Source of the DNA: Eledone cirrhosa
Lineage: Eukaryota
Assembly (NCBI GenBank): GCA_964016885.1
Contig: OZ024742.1
Location: 203,298,001 to 203,362,000 of the forward strand
DNA length: 64,000 nucleotides
Direction of reading: 5' to 3'
Part shown: positions 28,150-42,379 of the stretch, piece by piece
Position numbering within the stretch: the first letter of the stretch is position 1
Layout: each line of letters starts with the position of its first letter
Translations under genes and position numbers: made by a program
Notes under the pieces: generated by a model
The model's input: the letters and a program-made list of their open reading frames with translations, nothing else
What the model was told of the DNA's origin: nothing
Database searches by the model: none

Positions 28150-28648
28150 TATAGTTATTTTTGGAAAGATAGACCTTTTACAAAGTTCACCAAAAAGAAA
28201 GCAATCAAAACATTAGTGTGACCGGTAGCTCTGTATGGTTGTGGGTCATGGACTTTAAAGGCATCTGGCTTAAAATGACTGAGTGCATTTGAAATGTCAT
28301 AGTATAGGCGTGCACTTAGAATTAGCTGGACAGCTCACAGAAAAAATGAATGTCCTGGAACAGACTGGTGCCAACAGTTGGGAAGAGGAAACTTCAGTAT
28401 TTCTGTATTTTGGTCATGTCATCAGGGCCCAACATTTGACTACCCACATCCTTGAGGGACAAATACAAGGGAAAAGGGCCAGGGGTGGCAGAAAAGGAGA
28501 TGGACAGATGATATCAAGGAATGGACAGGAAGGAGTTTGGCGGTATGTATGGCAATGTCAAGAGACAGGAAAAAAAAGAGAGAGTTCTGGTCCACAAGTT
28601 CATGACCCCAGCCCTCCTATGTGAGGACGGGATGAGGCTAAGCTAGGC
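28150..28648 (+). mobile_element. Degenerate RTE-clade LINE 3' fragment
   Basis: Across frames: ALYGCGSWTL..AFEM..RRALRISWTAHR..YFGHVIR..ILEGQIQGKRARG. Confidence 0.75.
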
Positions 28649-29108
28649 TTTGATATATGAAACATCCAGCGTTTTAATTCCATTAGTAATTTAAAGATCA
28701 AAGTTAATAATCAATAAAATTTGAAAAGTAATGTCAAGGTGAGAGTGACAAAATGGTGTATATGTGTGTATATGTATATACTCACAAGCGCACATACATA
28801 CACACACATATGCACAACCACACACATATGCATACACACACACAGGCACACACAAAGATATATAAATATATACTTACATACATATATATATATATATACT
28901 TATATACATATACATATATATATATATATATATAGATTTTGAGTTTATGTTGGTTGTATACCAACACCTCAGTATGCAGGCTGGAGCACTCGACGAAGTG
29001 CGCAGGTTGGTTTGGTTACTCCGGAGTAGTGTAAAATAAAGTTAAATAAAAGTCAAATGATTAAAATAAACGAAGCTAAATTTTAATCATTTGACTTTTA
29101 TTTAACTT

Positions 29109-29208
<100 letters not shown>

Positions 29209-29314
29209 ATACTTGGGGAGGGTTATATTTGTGTAATATTGCCAGAATTAATTCATCGCCGTTATATATATATATATATATATATATATTTCCATATATA
29301 TATTTATATATATT

Positions 29315-29346
<32 letters not shown>

Positions 29347-31498
29347 CACACATATGCATACATGCATGCATGAATGCATACGTACATACAAGTATACATA
29401 CATATATACATGCATACATACATACAAGCATACATACATACATATATACATACACACATACATACATATATTATATATCTCAATAATGACCATAGCATAA
29501 ACCTACTTTACCCTACGATTGCGTATATTTTGTGGTCAATCTCCAGTTTTTATTGGCCATTTCGTCGTCATATCAATAGAAGGAATGGTAATCGATAAGC
29601 CAATCTGTATTGGCTGAAAATATTACAACGAAATGAAAAGAAACAAGTAGAGCTACAGCGATATATATACTTCCATTACAAAGAGCTAACAATAACAACC
29701 AAGTTTTTCTTAAAAGACGCTTGCCTGTCTTGTAAAAAGAGAAGGATACAGGAGATAATGTAATCAATCTAAGGTGTACAACGATTGAGAAAATGACAGG
29801 ATGGTCATAGTTGGAGCACCTTTGGAGATATTGTGCCCAGAGCTAACCTGGGGCTAATTAAAGCTCCCTACTATGTTTCCATGAATAACTGAGAGAAAAT
29901 TAACCACGTCACTCAACCTGCTAGAAATAACAACGAAGTGATCCATAACCCCACCGTTTTAGAATAAGAAGAAAAATAGAAATTTAAAATAATTTTTTCT
30001 ATTTTAGGCACAAGGCCAGCACTTACCCAGTACATTACTGGTACTTTATTTTATCGACCCCGTAAGGATGAAAGGCAAAGTTAACCTCGGCCAGATTTGA
30101 ACTCAGATCGTAAAGGGGCGTAACTATGCTGGAAAGCATGTCCGACCCTCTACCGATACTGCCAATTCACCGGGCTTGTCGAGATTGGCTCACCTTTGAT
30201 CATATGACTGCATGATCACAGTCGATCTGAGGTTAAATAACGAATATAACAATAGCAGCAGCATTGGAAAAACACCACGACTTAACACCGTTTCTGCCCT
30301 CGCACAATTAGATAATGTAATCCTAGATACACTATGTCTGAATAAAATATAAGATGGTCACAGAGTGAATGCCATATATATATATATCCTCTCAATCACG
30401 TCTGATCTGTGTCTCTAAAATAACAACAATTTAACTAAAGCAGTACAGATTCTACACTATTACATATAATGTAATGCTAGATATTGACTGTAAAACGACG
30501 GGGTGGTCACGATTGAAGAGATATTGGTAATTGATCTAAGCAATCACGGCCGATCTGGGTCTAAAAGACATCAACAATAACAACGCAACCTACGTATATA
30601 TTGTATGCTATCACACAAAGCTGTAAACCCAGATATACTATGTCTGAATAAAACAAGGGATCGTCACTGTGAGATTGCCATTGGATTTGATCTATCATGG
30701 CCGGTCTTATAATAAAATGAACCAGCAGCTGCAATAGCAACAGCAACAATAGATGTGTTAACAAAAATATGTACATCAACAACAAAATTAACATCAACAA
30801 CATTAACAAAAACATCAACAACATGAACAAAACCAACAACAGCAATATTTATAAAGATCAACATCAATAGCAACATCAACAACACTTGCTTGTCAGTGCC
30901 ATATTAGATATAGGACTGACTAGACTGAAGTAGGGAGACACACAACGACGAGGAGCATGTCATTTTATTTTTGTTCATTTTGGTCTTATGGGATGAAAGA
31001 GTGGAGTGCTCGAGGCGGTGGGAGTACAAAACCTAGGAACACACTCATGGGCTAAGGAAATGAAAAAAAATTAAAGGGAATTTACTGCTCACACGTATAC
31101 AGGTTTAGCTGGCTTCATACGAGATTATATCTCATAAAAGTTTTCTTGGGTATTGTATTATCGGGACACCATTCCTATCATAAAAAACAACCTAAAATAA
31201 AGTGTTTTGCTCAAGAACACAAATTGTCATACTGTCCCGGAAGGGGCCAGCACATGAACAATTAGGCTACATGCATCCATACTTGGGTTAATAGGACACA
31301 GTTGGTTATGGTATTTACATTCACATTTCCTGGTAGTATTTTTACGCCATAGACAAGCCACGAGGTCACAGTATGGTGGCGGCGGTGGTTTTACAGGTAG
31401 AGTAGCAAAACAGGGGAAGAAGTAGCTGCTATTTTATCAGAAACGATAATGGGATAAGATATGACGATATGACGTATAAGGAAATGATAATATATATA

Positions 31499-31536
<38 letters not shown>

Positions 31537-31748
31537 GAGTAATTAGATTGAATAGCTTAGCAAATAAATGGATGCCTTAAAGAGAAATTGTTGATTAGGA
31601 TTCGCGGGAAGTAGTGTGTTACTGTGTGTGTAGAAGTTACAAATGTATGTGTATATATAGGTGTTGAGTTAATGTGGCTTGATATTCTGCATGTAGGCAC
31701 GTGTGGTTCTGTGAATATATATATATGTGTATATATATATATATACGG

Positions 31749-32164
31749 AAAAAATGAAACGAAATTTAATTTCCCACTCTTAGTACGGCTGTTACTTAAA
31801 TATAAGTATGTACACGTACATACATATATGTATACAGACGTACAGTAGTATGTATATATATATACATACATGCACACATATATATATGTACGTATGGATT
31901 CACCGAACATTTATTATAATGCTCGGTGTGTTTGTAAACAAACATCCCGTATTAAGCCGTAGTGTCTAGCAACCATATGCACTAGTACAGCGTTCCTTTG
32001 TCAGTGTTGAACAAACGAGCAACGATGGTTGCTAGACACTACGGCTTAATACGGAATGTTTGTTTCCAAACACACCGAGCATTATAATAAATGTTCGATG
32101 AATCCATACGTACATATATATATGTATGCATGTATGTATATATATAGGTATGTACGTGTACATA

Positions 32165-32170
<6 letters not shown>
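31749..32170. mobile_element. Diverged fold-back relative of the 229-1582 HHR family
   Basis: Shares gaaaaaatgaaacgaaattt..cactcttagta.., tatacagacgtacagtag and actagtaca(g/t)cgttcct(t/g)tgtcagtgttgaacaaa. About 31855-31976 is inverted relative to 32025-32140. Confidence 0.75.
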
Positions 32171-32192
<22 letters not shown>

Positions 32193-32199
<7 letters not shown>

Positions 32200-32856
32200 A
32201 ATTAGCATATCTACTAACATATGTATACAGATACATACCTATGCTAGCAAATATATATGTTTTGTCTTAGTAACTTTGTGGTTCTATGCAAGGGGATGCA
32301 GAACAATTATATGAAAGACGTAAATAAGAAAATTATGAAATTGTTCTGCATCCCCTTGCATAGAACCACAAAGTTACTAAGACAAAACATATATATTTGC
32401 TAGCATAGGTATGTATCTGTATACATATGTTAGTAGATATACTAATTCTTTATAATTATCTCCAAATTATTTGTTGAGCAAAACTTGCCGAAATTACTAC
32501 TATGGTTCATGGTAGTGGCTAGGCCCTTGTCTTATTAGCACTCCACTCCTCACTGATTAACCTCAGTGTCACGTGATTGATTCTTTTGAATTTGCCACTG
32601 ACCAAGTAGGCAGTGAATTTGTTCAATGTCTTGGAATTTAGTCCCCGCTCGCTTTTTTCCATCCACTGAATTATTTTTATATAAGTTCCCAGTGTCCTCG
32701 CATTGCCTGGAAGCTTAGCTGAGAATAGACTCCCTGATGACGTAAGGTTTCTCTGTGGGTACGTTCCGTAACCATATTTATTCCCTTACAGAAACTAATT
32801 AGTTGGAGTGAAATCTTAGTAAGTAAGTCGATTTTCATAATTTTCTTATTTACGTC

Positions 32857-32865
<9 letters not shown>
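32193..32865 (+). mobile_element. Non-coding HHR unit of about 525 bp preceded by an inverted segment that spans its head-to-tail junction
   Basis: 32193-32308 is the reverse complement of 32339-32454 (1 mismatch). The spacer 32308-32340 is the reverse complement of the unit end 32833-32865. (TA)n flanks. Confidence 0.85.
32729..32809 (+). ncRNA. Type I hammerhead ribozyme motif
   Basis: actcc-CTGATGA-c gtaagg...ccttac a-GAAA-ctaattag-TT-ggagt. Helix III is the palindrome actaattagt; GUU site. Confidence 0.85.
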
Positions 32866-32920
<55 letters not shown>

Positions 32921-32988
32921 TAAAATTTAAGCAAAGAATCGCTGCTTTCACCCTTAACGGATTTTAGTCTTCATGTTTATTATTATTA

Positions 32989-33029
<41 letters not shown>

Positions 33030-33045
<16 letters not shown>

Positions 33046-33501
33046 TGTAGTTCCTGTCTGTTTGTCTGTTTGTTTGTTCACGAACTCCTCCTATGGTTTT
33101 GGAGATAGACCCCCATAACCATATATATTCTGAAATTACATTGCCCAGGGTACGTGGATAAGTATATTTCATTTTAATCAAAGGGTTCTCCGGGAGCACA
33201 AACCCCCGCTGAAAATGTTTTCCCTTCGATTTATATGAAATTTAAACCATAGGTAAATGACAATATATGATGCCTATTCACAAAAGTTTTGAGTTTATAT
33301 TTTGGAAAAAATTATTTACTAGAAACAAAATAAAAATAAGCTTTAATAATGTAATTTTGATTTGATATATTACAAAAAATAATGTTTTCCAATTTTTCAT
33401 CCATTCTATTTTACATTGAGTAATATTGATAATATTGAAATGCAGACTTTTTCTCCATAGATTATATCACTGATTTAAAATCAATCATCAATTCGGCTAG
33501 T
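33030..33501 (+). mobile_element. Possible non-autonomous Helitron-type element
   Basis: Starts tatatataaag followed by a (ctgt/ttgt) microsatellite and cgaactcctcc, and ends gCTAG|t at 33497-33501. No clear subterminal hairpin. Confidence 0.4.
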
Positions 33502-34350
33502 ATATATATAAAGACAATGTCATTTACATACACTGTGGCTTTGATACTAACTAGTGTTATTTCCTTCAATTCACCACGTCACCATTTCACAATATAATAT
33601 ATAATGTATAATGAACTGCCCACACGGGGATTCAACTGCAGTTAATCTCTCGTAATCTTACACATATTCAATGTACACACACAAACCTGTTTCTACGGAA
33701 ATGATTCGTTAATGAGCGAGTAGAGTCAACATAGTCGAATGTTTAAAATTTCTTTTCAATCACTATGTCTCGGGTTCGATCACCATGCGTGGAAACCTAG
33801 ACAATTTTCATAACCACGGATCGACCCAAGCCTTGTGGATAACATTGGTATGTGTATCCATCTGATGGACTGATTATACTAATATTTTAAAGGATCAGCT
33901 TCGTCTCACAAACTGTGACTCAAATAATCTCCCTGCAAATGACATTAAGGCTACCGCTGTCTGTGGCATGCCCAGCCATTTAAAGTTAATTTCATGAGCA
34001 GGCTGTTAAGCTGATCAAACAATGGTACAACTCCTCGTCGAAATTGACAGACGTCCATTCTGTAAATGAGCAACTGTTACAAACCTTTAAGCGCCAATTC
34101 AACGGGATATAATGGCCATAGTTGAATACACTTATTCCAATCTCCACGACACTTTCTTTTCCTTTTCTTTACTCAACTATGGCTTTTTACAGATTTCTAA
34201 ATATCTTTTTTTCTTCTTTCTTTCTCCATTTCAAGACTATTATCCTGCCATCATTCAAGTAATTTTCAATCCAATACCTTCATCTACTGGTGTGTTAATG
34301 TTCTTATATATACATATATATATACAGACACACTTACATATATATATGTG

Positions 34351-34437
<87 letters not shown>

Positions 34438-34532
34438 CCATACAAAAGGGGTCAAAATCAGTAAACGAAAACCACGAGAAGATAAGCAGAGCGATAGTAA
34501 AAGGAACAAAGAACCAGAGACGTGATATTCCT

Positions 34533-34569
<37 letters not shown>

Positions 34570-35248
34570 TGCGTGTGTGTGTCTGTATGTGTGTCTGTAT
34601 GTGTGTGTGTGGTTTTTTTTCGTGCGTGTGTGTGTGTATGTGTGTGTGCGTGTGCACACAGAGACACACTCTCACACAGACATGTATATATATATATATA
34701 ATCACATGCACAGCTTTAGAGTATGCAATCTGCGAATCCTCCTTATAATAATTGCGGTTGTAATGGCGCTGGTGACGTCCATCTCACTGTCCTCTCGTTA
34801 TCATGTCAGCCATTTTGTTTTGCGTCTGTTTTCTTTGTTATTTATGTAATTTTATTTTTCTGTTTTGTTTTTCTTCTTATTCTTCCAGTTACAAGTGGCT
34901 ATATGGATGATGGTCATTTATATACTTGACTGTTGCTTTTTATATTATTCCGTGTTTTCTTCCTCTATTCTGCCCTAGATTGGCCTGGTCTTCACAGTCA
35001 CCTTAACCGATTATCTATTCCTATACACACAATCATGGACACACACACGCACGCACACGCACACACACAGACACACACACACATACACACACACAACACA
35101 CACACACACACACATATACTGAATATATATATATTATGTGTAAGCATGTATGTGTGTATGTATGTGTGGATGTGTGAGTCAAAACGAAAGACGTACACGT
35201 GGGGACAATACAGTACTATGATGATATATAATTTATCAATTGATATAT

Positions 35249-35291
<43 letters not shown>

Positions 35292-35699
35292 GGTGTGAGT
35301 GTGTGCGTGTGTGTTTATGTGTGTCTGTGGGTTTATATGTATATAGATTTATGTATGCATGTATGTATGTATATTTAAAACCCATACAATTGAACATCCA
35401 ACACCACGTTTAACTTTCAGACTGAACGATGAGTTAAAATGTTACTCCTTATACGTTAGTTTCCTGTACAAGATGAAGTCGAAAGACTAAATCTTAGTTT
35501 CGCTTCGTCGTTAAAAGCCATTATAGTTTTTAGATTAACTAAATGTTTTCAAATGTCATACCTAGCAACTGGTGCAGGACTGACGTGAATTGGCTGTCGT
35601 TAACGTTCCTTCCTTCCTTTTAGAAGCGAAATTGACGGATAGATATATTGATGGTTGGTAGATAGAATAGAATGTTTGGCAGATAGGCATGATATATAT

Positions 35700-35887
<188 letters not shown>

Positions 35888-35890
35888 GTG

Positions 35891-36148
35891 GAGGCATGTG
35901 GCCTAGAGGTGTTGGACTTACGATCATAATGTCGTGGATTCGATTCCAGGGTTGCGTGTTGTGTTCTAGAGCAAAACACTTCATTTCACGTTGCTCCATT
36001 ATACTCAGCTGAAAATGAGTACCAGCAATAGCTGGAGGTTTAACCCTGCGATGGACTGGCGTCGTGTCCAGTAGGGAGTCTTGTACTCGCATTCGCTTCA
36101 TGCCATGAAACCCGGATAAGAACCGGCCAAATGAGCCTTCTGACAGAC
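35891..36148 (+). mobile_element. SINE family 2 copy
   Basis: A-box-like tggcctagagg and B-box-like gattcgattcc; body shared with 9286-9525 and 63065-63298. Confidence 0.8.
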
Positions 36149-36171
36149 ATATAAATATATATATATATATA

Positions 36172-36414
36172 TAACGAAGCAGTTGTGGTAAGGAACCAGA
36201 TGGACCATAACGCACCAGAGTATTCAATACTTAGGGTAGTAGAGTGGGTAACAGGAGAAAGTATGACCCCGACGGTAGAGCTCAAGCCGTTTCGACGACT
36301 ATTTCTGGACTAAAGTAATAGTTTTTTTAGTCTGAGACTAAAAAAACTCTTACTTTAGTCCAGAAATAGCCGTCGAAACGGCTTGAGCTCTGACGTCGGG
36401 GTCATACTTTCTTC

Positions 36415-36415
<1 letters not shown>
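36172..36415. mobile_element. Fold-back copy of family F
   Basis: 36257-36333 and 36335-36411 form an inverted repeat with a 1-nt spacer; (TA)n flanks. Confidence 0.85.
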
Positions 36416-36477
<62 letters not shown>

Positions 36478-36703
36478 TGAGAGAGAGAGAGGGGGAGAGA
36501 GAGAGGTGGGGGGTTGGATGGGTTGATAGAGAGATAAAGTAAGAATGGTTGTGTATTATAAAACTATTATAAAACGTTTATAATATATTCTGATCTTTTG
36601 TTGGATTAGTTCTGATTTTGTTGGATTAGTTCTGATTCACTCCCTGATAACACAGAACTAGTCCTTTAAAAGTCACAGATCAATAATACGTGTGTGTATG
36701 TCA

Positions 36704-36780
<77 letters not shown>

Positions 36781-37425
36781 AGGGTGTATGTGCCTGCGTG
36801 TGTGTATGTGTGTGTGTGTTTGTGCGTGTGTGTGTGTGTGAATGTGTGGAAATGTGTAAAGACGCGTAGCTTAGTGGCTCGCGTGTTTGGCACACGATCG
36901 CAAGATCCTAATTCCGTTTCCCAGCGGGACATTATTTCCTTCAAAATGACTCTCTAATATACTTTGACTCAGCTGCCAAAGAATTGTACCTATAAATCAA
37001 AATAATCTTCCTTGTTACACGGTGTTTCAGGCTAAAGCTGCCTGGGAAATACTTTAAGAATTTACACGGATATGGAATGCTTAACGAATTATAAAATTTC
37101 ACGAGCAGGATGTTCTGTTGATTACATCTACTAGAAATACTCGTCGTCAGAAAAGATGTTATGTCGAATATATGTGTAAAAGATGTTAAAAATAAAGTGA
37201 CTGGTCTTCAATCTTTTTGCTACTGTCTTGTTCTTATATGGGGCAATTAAAAAGGCCTATATCTATCTTGTACCGATTTGGGATGGTTGAAAACTGATGC
37301 TCCCACTTTTGAGCCAACAGCAGCCTCACCATTGATTAGGTTTTGGACTAATAAAATACTATTGAACCTTATTTGGTTCATAAGAGAAATGCCTTCAGCA
37401 GATTTTCTTTATTTCTTTGTATATT

Positions 37426-40400
37426 TATTATTATTATTATTATTGTTATTATTCTTTGAGTCTCAGTCATTGATGTTAGTTAACTGGAGAGTTTGTTGAA
37501 ATGAATATCAAACCACTACCTGCAGCCTCAGATATTCAGGACGTATCGGAGGGTTCTTGCTGTTCCCAGCAAGCATACCTTTTGAAGCGTTCCAAAAAGC
37601 GTGAAGGGGCCAATTTTCTTTAACCATCCCTGGAAACTTTTTGAGATAGTCCCTAGTGCGCCTATGACAATCGGGATCACTTTGACTTCATGGCAGTTCC
37701 GAATCCTTTTTACCTCCCACTTTAAGTCCTGGTATCGGTTAATTTTCTCCCTCTCCTTCTCTTGCGCTCTCGTGTCGAATGGGCAGGCCACATCCACAAT
37801 CAGGCACGATCTTTTTTCTTTGTCCACAACCACCAGGTCAGGTCTATTGTGTTCCAGTTTCTTGTCCGTCTGTATCCTAAAATCCCACAGCACCTTCACC
37901 TGATCGTTTTCTATCACCGCCTCTGGCTTATGCCCATACCACTTCTCAGAATGTGGTAAATTGTTTACTTTGCATAGGTGCCAGTGGATCACCCTGCCTA
38001 TCACATCATGCCTCCAGCCCTTATAGTGAGTCTGGGCTAGGTGTTTACACTCGGATACAATGTGAGCCACAGTCTCCTCTCTCTCTCCACAGATCCTGCA
38101 CAGTGGGCTAACCTCCTCCTTGTAAATATGGTGTTTCAACCACTTCGTTCTTAGGGCCTGCTCCTGCGCAGCCATTAACATTCCTTCTGTAGCCTTTTTA
38201 AGGTCTCCTCTTTTCAACCAGTTCCATGTCTGTGGATCTCTAAATTCAGTTTTCTCAAAGAAGGTACTATGAAGGGATTTTTCCTGAAGGCTTCTCTTTC
38301 TCCTTGATGTTATTTCCTCCTTGGACATCCCCTGGCCTATTGTTCCCTCCTTCAGTACAGTTCTGAGCATTGGCTCCTTACTATCAGTCACGTATTTGTG
38401 TAGGTTGTTTTTCTCCATCTGAACACAGTCCTCTATGCTGATAAGACCTCTTCCACCCTCAGATCTCCTTAAGTAGAGTCTATCGACATCACTTCTCTTG
38501 TGGAACATGTTGTAGATAGTCAATAGCTTCCTAGTCTTCCTATCCATTTCTTTCTGTTCAGCAACATTCCATCTCAGAATTCCCGAACTGTACCTAATAA
38601 TAGACACAGCTCGGGAATTTACTGCACTTATGGCATTCCTACTGTTCAGATGTGACTTTAATACGCTCCTTACTCTCCGAATGTATTCAGTTCTTATCAA
38701 TTCCTTCATTTTTTTGTTCTTGATGTCATCAGCCCCCAGAACGCCCAAATACTTGTATCCTTCTTCAGAGTCAATTTCCTTTATCATCTCACCTGTTGGT
38801 ACCTGGATTCCGTTACTTCTGCTCAACTTACCCATCTTCATCACAATGACTCCACACTTACTAATACCACATTGCATACATATATCATTGGTGAAAATAC
38901 GGAGTGTCAACAAGCACATCCAACTCTTTCTCACTCTTCCTGAAGAGCTTAAGATCGTCCATGAAGAGGAGGTGATTGATGGTAAGCTCTCCCTTTCCCA
39001 ACCTGTATCCTGCTCTCACTTTTCGCAGTACACTGGTCAGGGGCATCAGGGCAAGGACAAACAACAGAGGGGACAGACTATCTCACTGGAGGATACCTCT
39101 CTTGATCTTCACGCTTCCCAAGGATTCTCCAGTTGATGTTAACTCTGTTTCCCAGGACTTCATACTTTTGCCCAACAACTGTCTGATGTTATCTGCCACC
39201 TTGAAGATCTCCAGGCTTTTGGTGATCCAAGAATGAGGCACCATGTCAAATGCCTTTTTGTAGTCTATCCATCCCATGGCAAGACCAGTGTGTCACCTCT
39301 TGCAATTCCTCATTACCATCTTATCAATAAGTAACTGGTCCTTTGTACCACGTGACTTCTTTCGGCATCCTTTCTGTTCGTCCGGTAACAAGTTGTTTGT
39401 GTGGAGGTGATGGTAGATTTCCTCAGACATAATGATTGTCAACAGTTTCCACATTACGGACAGACATGTGATAGGTCTATAGTTGGTAACATCATTACCC
39501 TTGATTCGGTCTTTCATTATCAGAACGGTGGTACCTTTTGTCAACCACCCTGGTACCTCACCTGAAATCAAGCAGTCATTGAACATGGTTGTCAGTTTCG
39601 GGTGGAGGGATGTTATATTTTTAATCCAATACCCTTGTACACCATTTGGGCCTGGTCATTTCCAGTTGGTTAGTTTTTTAACCTGCCCCTTAAGAGTTTC
39701 AACTGTGATACTCAAATCAGTTTGTTGGTGTGCTTGTTCACTAATCTCCTTCTGTACTTTCTCAATCCACACTGCCTGGTCATTATGTTTAACATCCTGC
39801 TCCCATATTCCTCTCCAGAATGTTTTAGTTTGTTCCGCCTCAGGGATCAATCGTTGCCTCTTTCTATCCCTTCAAGCTGTCCAAACAGCATCTTCTGGTT
39901 GTTGTCGAACATGCGGTTCTGTCTATACTGGCTGACTCTGTACTCGTATCGCCTGATTTTTGCACTCTTTGCTACAATGCGTTGCTTCAGTTCCTCTATG
40001 ATAATATTTAGCTTTTTCCTCCTAGTCTATTTTTAGTGTCTATGTTTTTTAGTGTCCCATTCAGTAGGGACTCAAGCTTTCCAATGTCATTTCTCATTTC
40101 CCCGATTTGACCACTCAGTCGTTTCTTCCACCAAGGCTCTGCTCTTTCTTGTCTGTTGTTTCCTCTCGCTTTTATACCAAGTAGTTTCCTCACCTTATTT
40201 GCTGTTGCTTTGAGGATATTGTTGCACTTGTGAAGGCTCCTCGCCTCAAGGTATGGGATGACTTTGTTTACCTTAGCTGTTGTTTCTTTTAACTTTTTCC
40301 TGTCTACAAATCTTAGGTTCATAGGTCTCCCACTATCATTGTTCAATTCATCTACCACTAAGTTTAGGATATCAACCAAATCTTGCCCTAGCCTATCAGC

Positions 40401-41000
40401 ATTCATCTCCTCAGTGGCCGTATCTCTGTTCCAGGTATTATTTATCTCAGTATTCAGATCATTGTTTGCTTCGGGTGGTTCCTCCGTTCTCTCGACCTCT
40501 TCACCTTCATTTCCCACTGGCTCGTTTGCTAATCTCTAATCTTTAAGCTAATCTCTCTGCTCAGTTCCTCCAGTTCCAGCTCGCTTATCCACCCATTAGT
40601 TCTTATAACCCGAGCCTGCCCGGCCAATTTTTGTTCATCTAATTTAAATAGACCAATCTCGTTCCAGATGTTATGCATCCGTTTCCTATAGCCTTTCTCC
40701 TTGGGGTTACTCTTCAGGTAACATTGCATAACAGTTCTATTCAATTCTTTCGTCCAGTTGGTTCTGGTCCCTTTCCTTCTACTTCTTCCTCCGACACCAG
40801 CAGTATTTGGTTGACAGCCAGGTCCCTGCTGCTGAGCCAGGGAGCACCTGTTGGGTGAGAGTCTGTCACATGATATTCTAGTCTCCATTTCACCGTTATT
40901 CGAACTGTTTAGGTTCGACATTTAAACACTCTTATCGAGGATTGGCGAATGTATGGTTACATAACCACCGGTGAATTCATCGTCTCCGGTGGTTCCGTCA
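37426..41000 (-). mobile_element. Near-full-length R4/Dong-type non-LTR retrotransposon (RT plus CCHC plus restriction-like endonuclease), frameshifted
   Basis: NYRPITCL, WIDYKKAFDMVPH, HLLFMDDLKLF (38942-38974), YKYLG, CRICGEREETVAHIVSEC, RHD, NRPDLVVVD, DVACP; 3' end in (TAA)n at 37426-37453. Confidence 0.92.
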
Positions 41001-42320
41001 CTCCACGTGATTTTTGTGTGGAATTATCACGCTGTAGACGAACATAAATAAACAAACAAACAAACGGGCAACCCCCCCCCCCCCCCCCAAAAAAAAATGA
41101 ATAAGCATAAGTTTCATTGTAATGTAGTGTTTGAATGTCTGACTTAGTTTTTCCCTTCCCTTCTCTGTCCGTCTGTTTGTTTTTCTCTTCATTCTTATTT
41201 TCTTTACGTTTTTCGTTGTTGCTGTGCTGCTTTGAATTTTTTTTTTTTTTTTGATTTTGACCGGGTCATCAATTCAGTCTATTTATATATTTTGATACCT
41301 TCCTCTTTTAGTGGGGGTTCTACGATGTAGCAGGGAGTAGCGGGAGAGAATAGCAGCAGTAGTGATAATGGGGCAGTGGTGGTGGTGGTGGTGGCGGTGC
41401 TGTGCTAGCAGCAACTAGCAGGAGGTAGTGGGAGAGAATAGCGGCGATAGCGATAAATCATTATTAGGCAGTGGTGGTGGTGATGTGATCGTATTACTGT
41501 AGTGATGGTGTTGAAGTTGGAGTAGAAATAGCGGTTGAGTCGACTTAACCAGAGTTTTCATTGTGGTAGTGGTGGTGGTGTTGGTGGTGAACTTATCTTT
41601 AGTTATTTAGTCATTTTGTCATTTTCCTCCTTTTCGACTCTAACATTCCTGATCCAAAATTAAATATTAATCTTGTTTATTAATATTGTCTAGTGATACC
41701 GCCATCATCCCCTTTCGTAAGTTAACAGAAGGTAATGGGGGGGGGGGGGGGATAGCGGTGGTAGCAATGAAGGAGTGGTGGTGGCGGTGATGGGATAGTG
41801 GTAGTAATGATGGATGGGCGGCGGTGGCGGTGACTGTAGTGATGGCGTTGTCGTTACTGAGTTTTGTTGAATGAACTGTATTTTTGTTTGATCGGTGAAT
41901 CTATGGGGTTAGTCGCGTATATGTGTTGACATATTTTCTTTAATATTGGAAGTAAACATTTTCTTAAAACTTGAGACAATAATAATAGTAATTACTATTA
42001 TTATGCTGAGATTGGTGGTGGTGGTGGTGAAATTGCCGTTATCTGGCTGATGTGTTTAGTGTACACAGAGGGGTGATGTGGTAGGTGGTGCATCTAGTTT
42101 CTGGTGTTGGTGAAATTGCTGTTATTTGGCTGTTCTATATAGTGTAGACAGAGGGGGGTTTTCTTCCATTCATAACCATTTTCTTTTTTGAATATAAAAT
42201 GTATAATACAAAATTGAATATTTGAGCGATATAACAATATATTATGGATCCGAATTTTTTTGGAACTCAAGCCGGATGTTTTATGTATCATTTGTACTAA
42301 GAATTGTTATTTCACAATTG

Positions 42321-42379
<59 letters not shown>

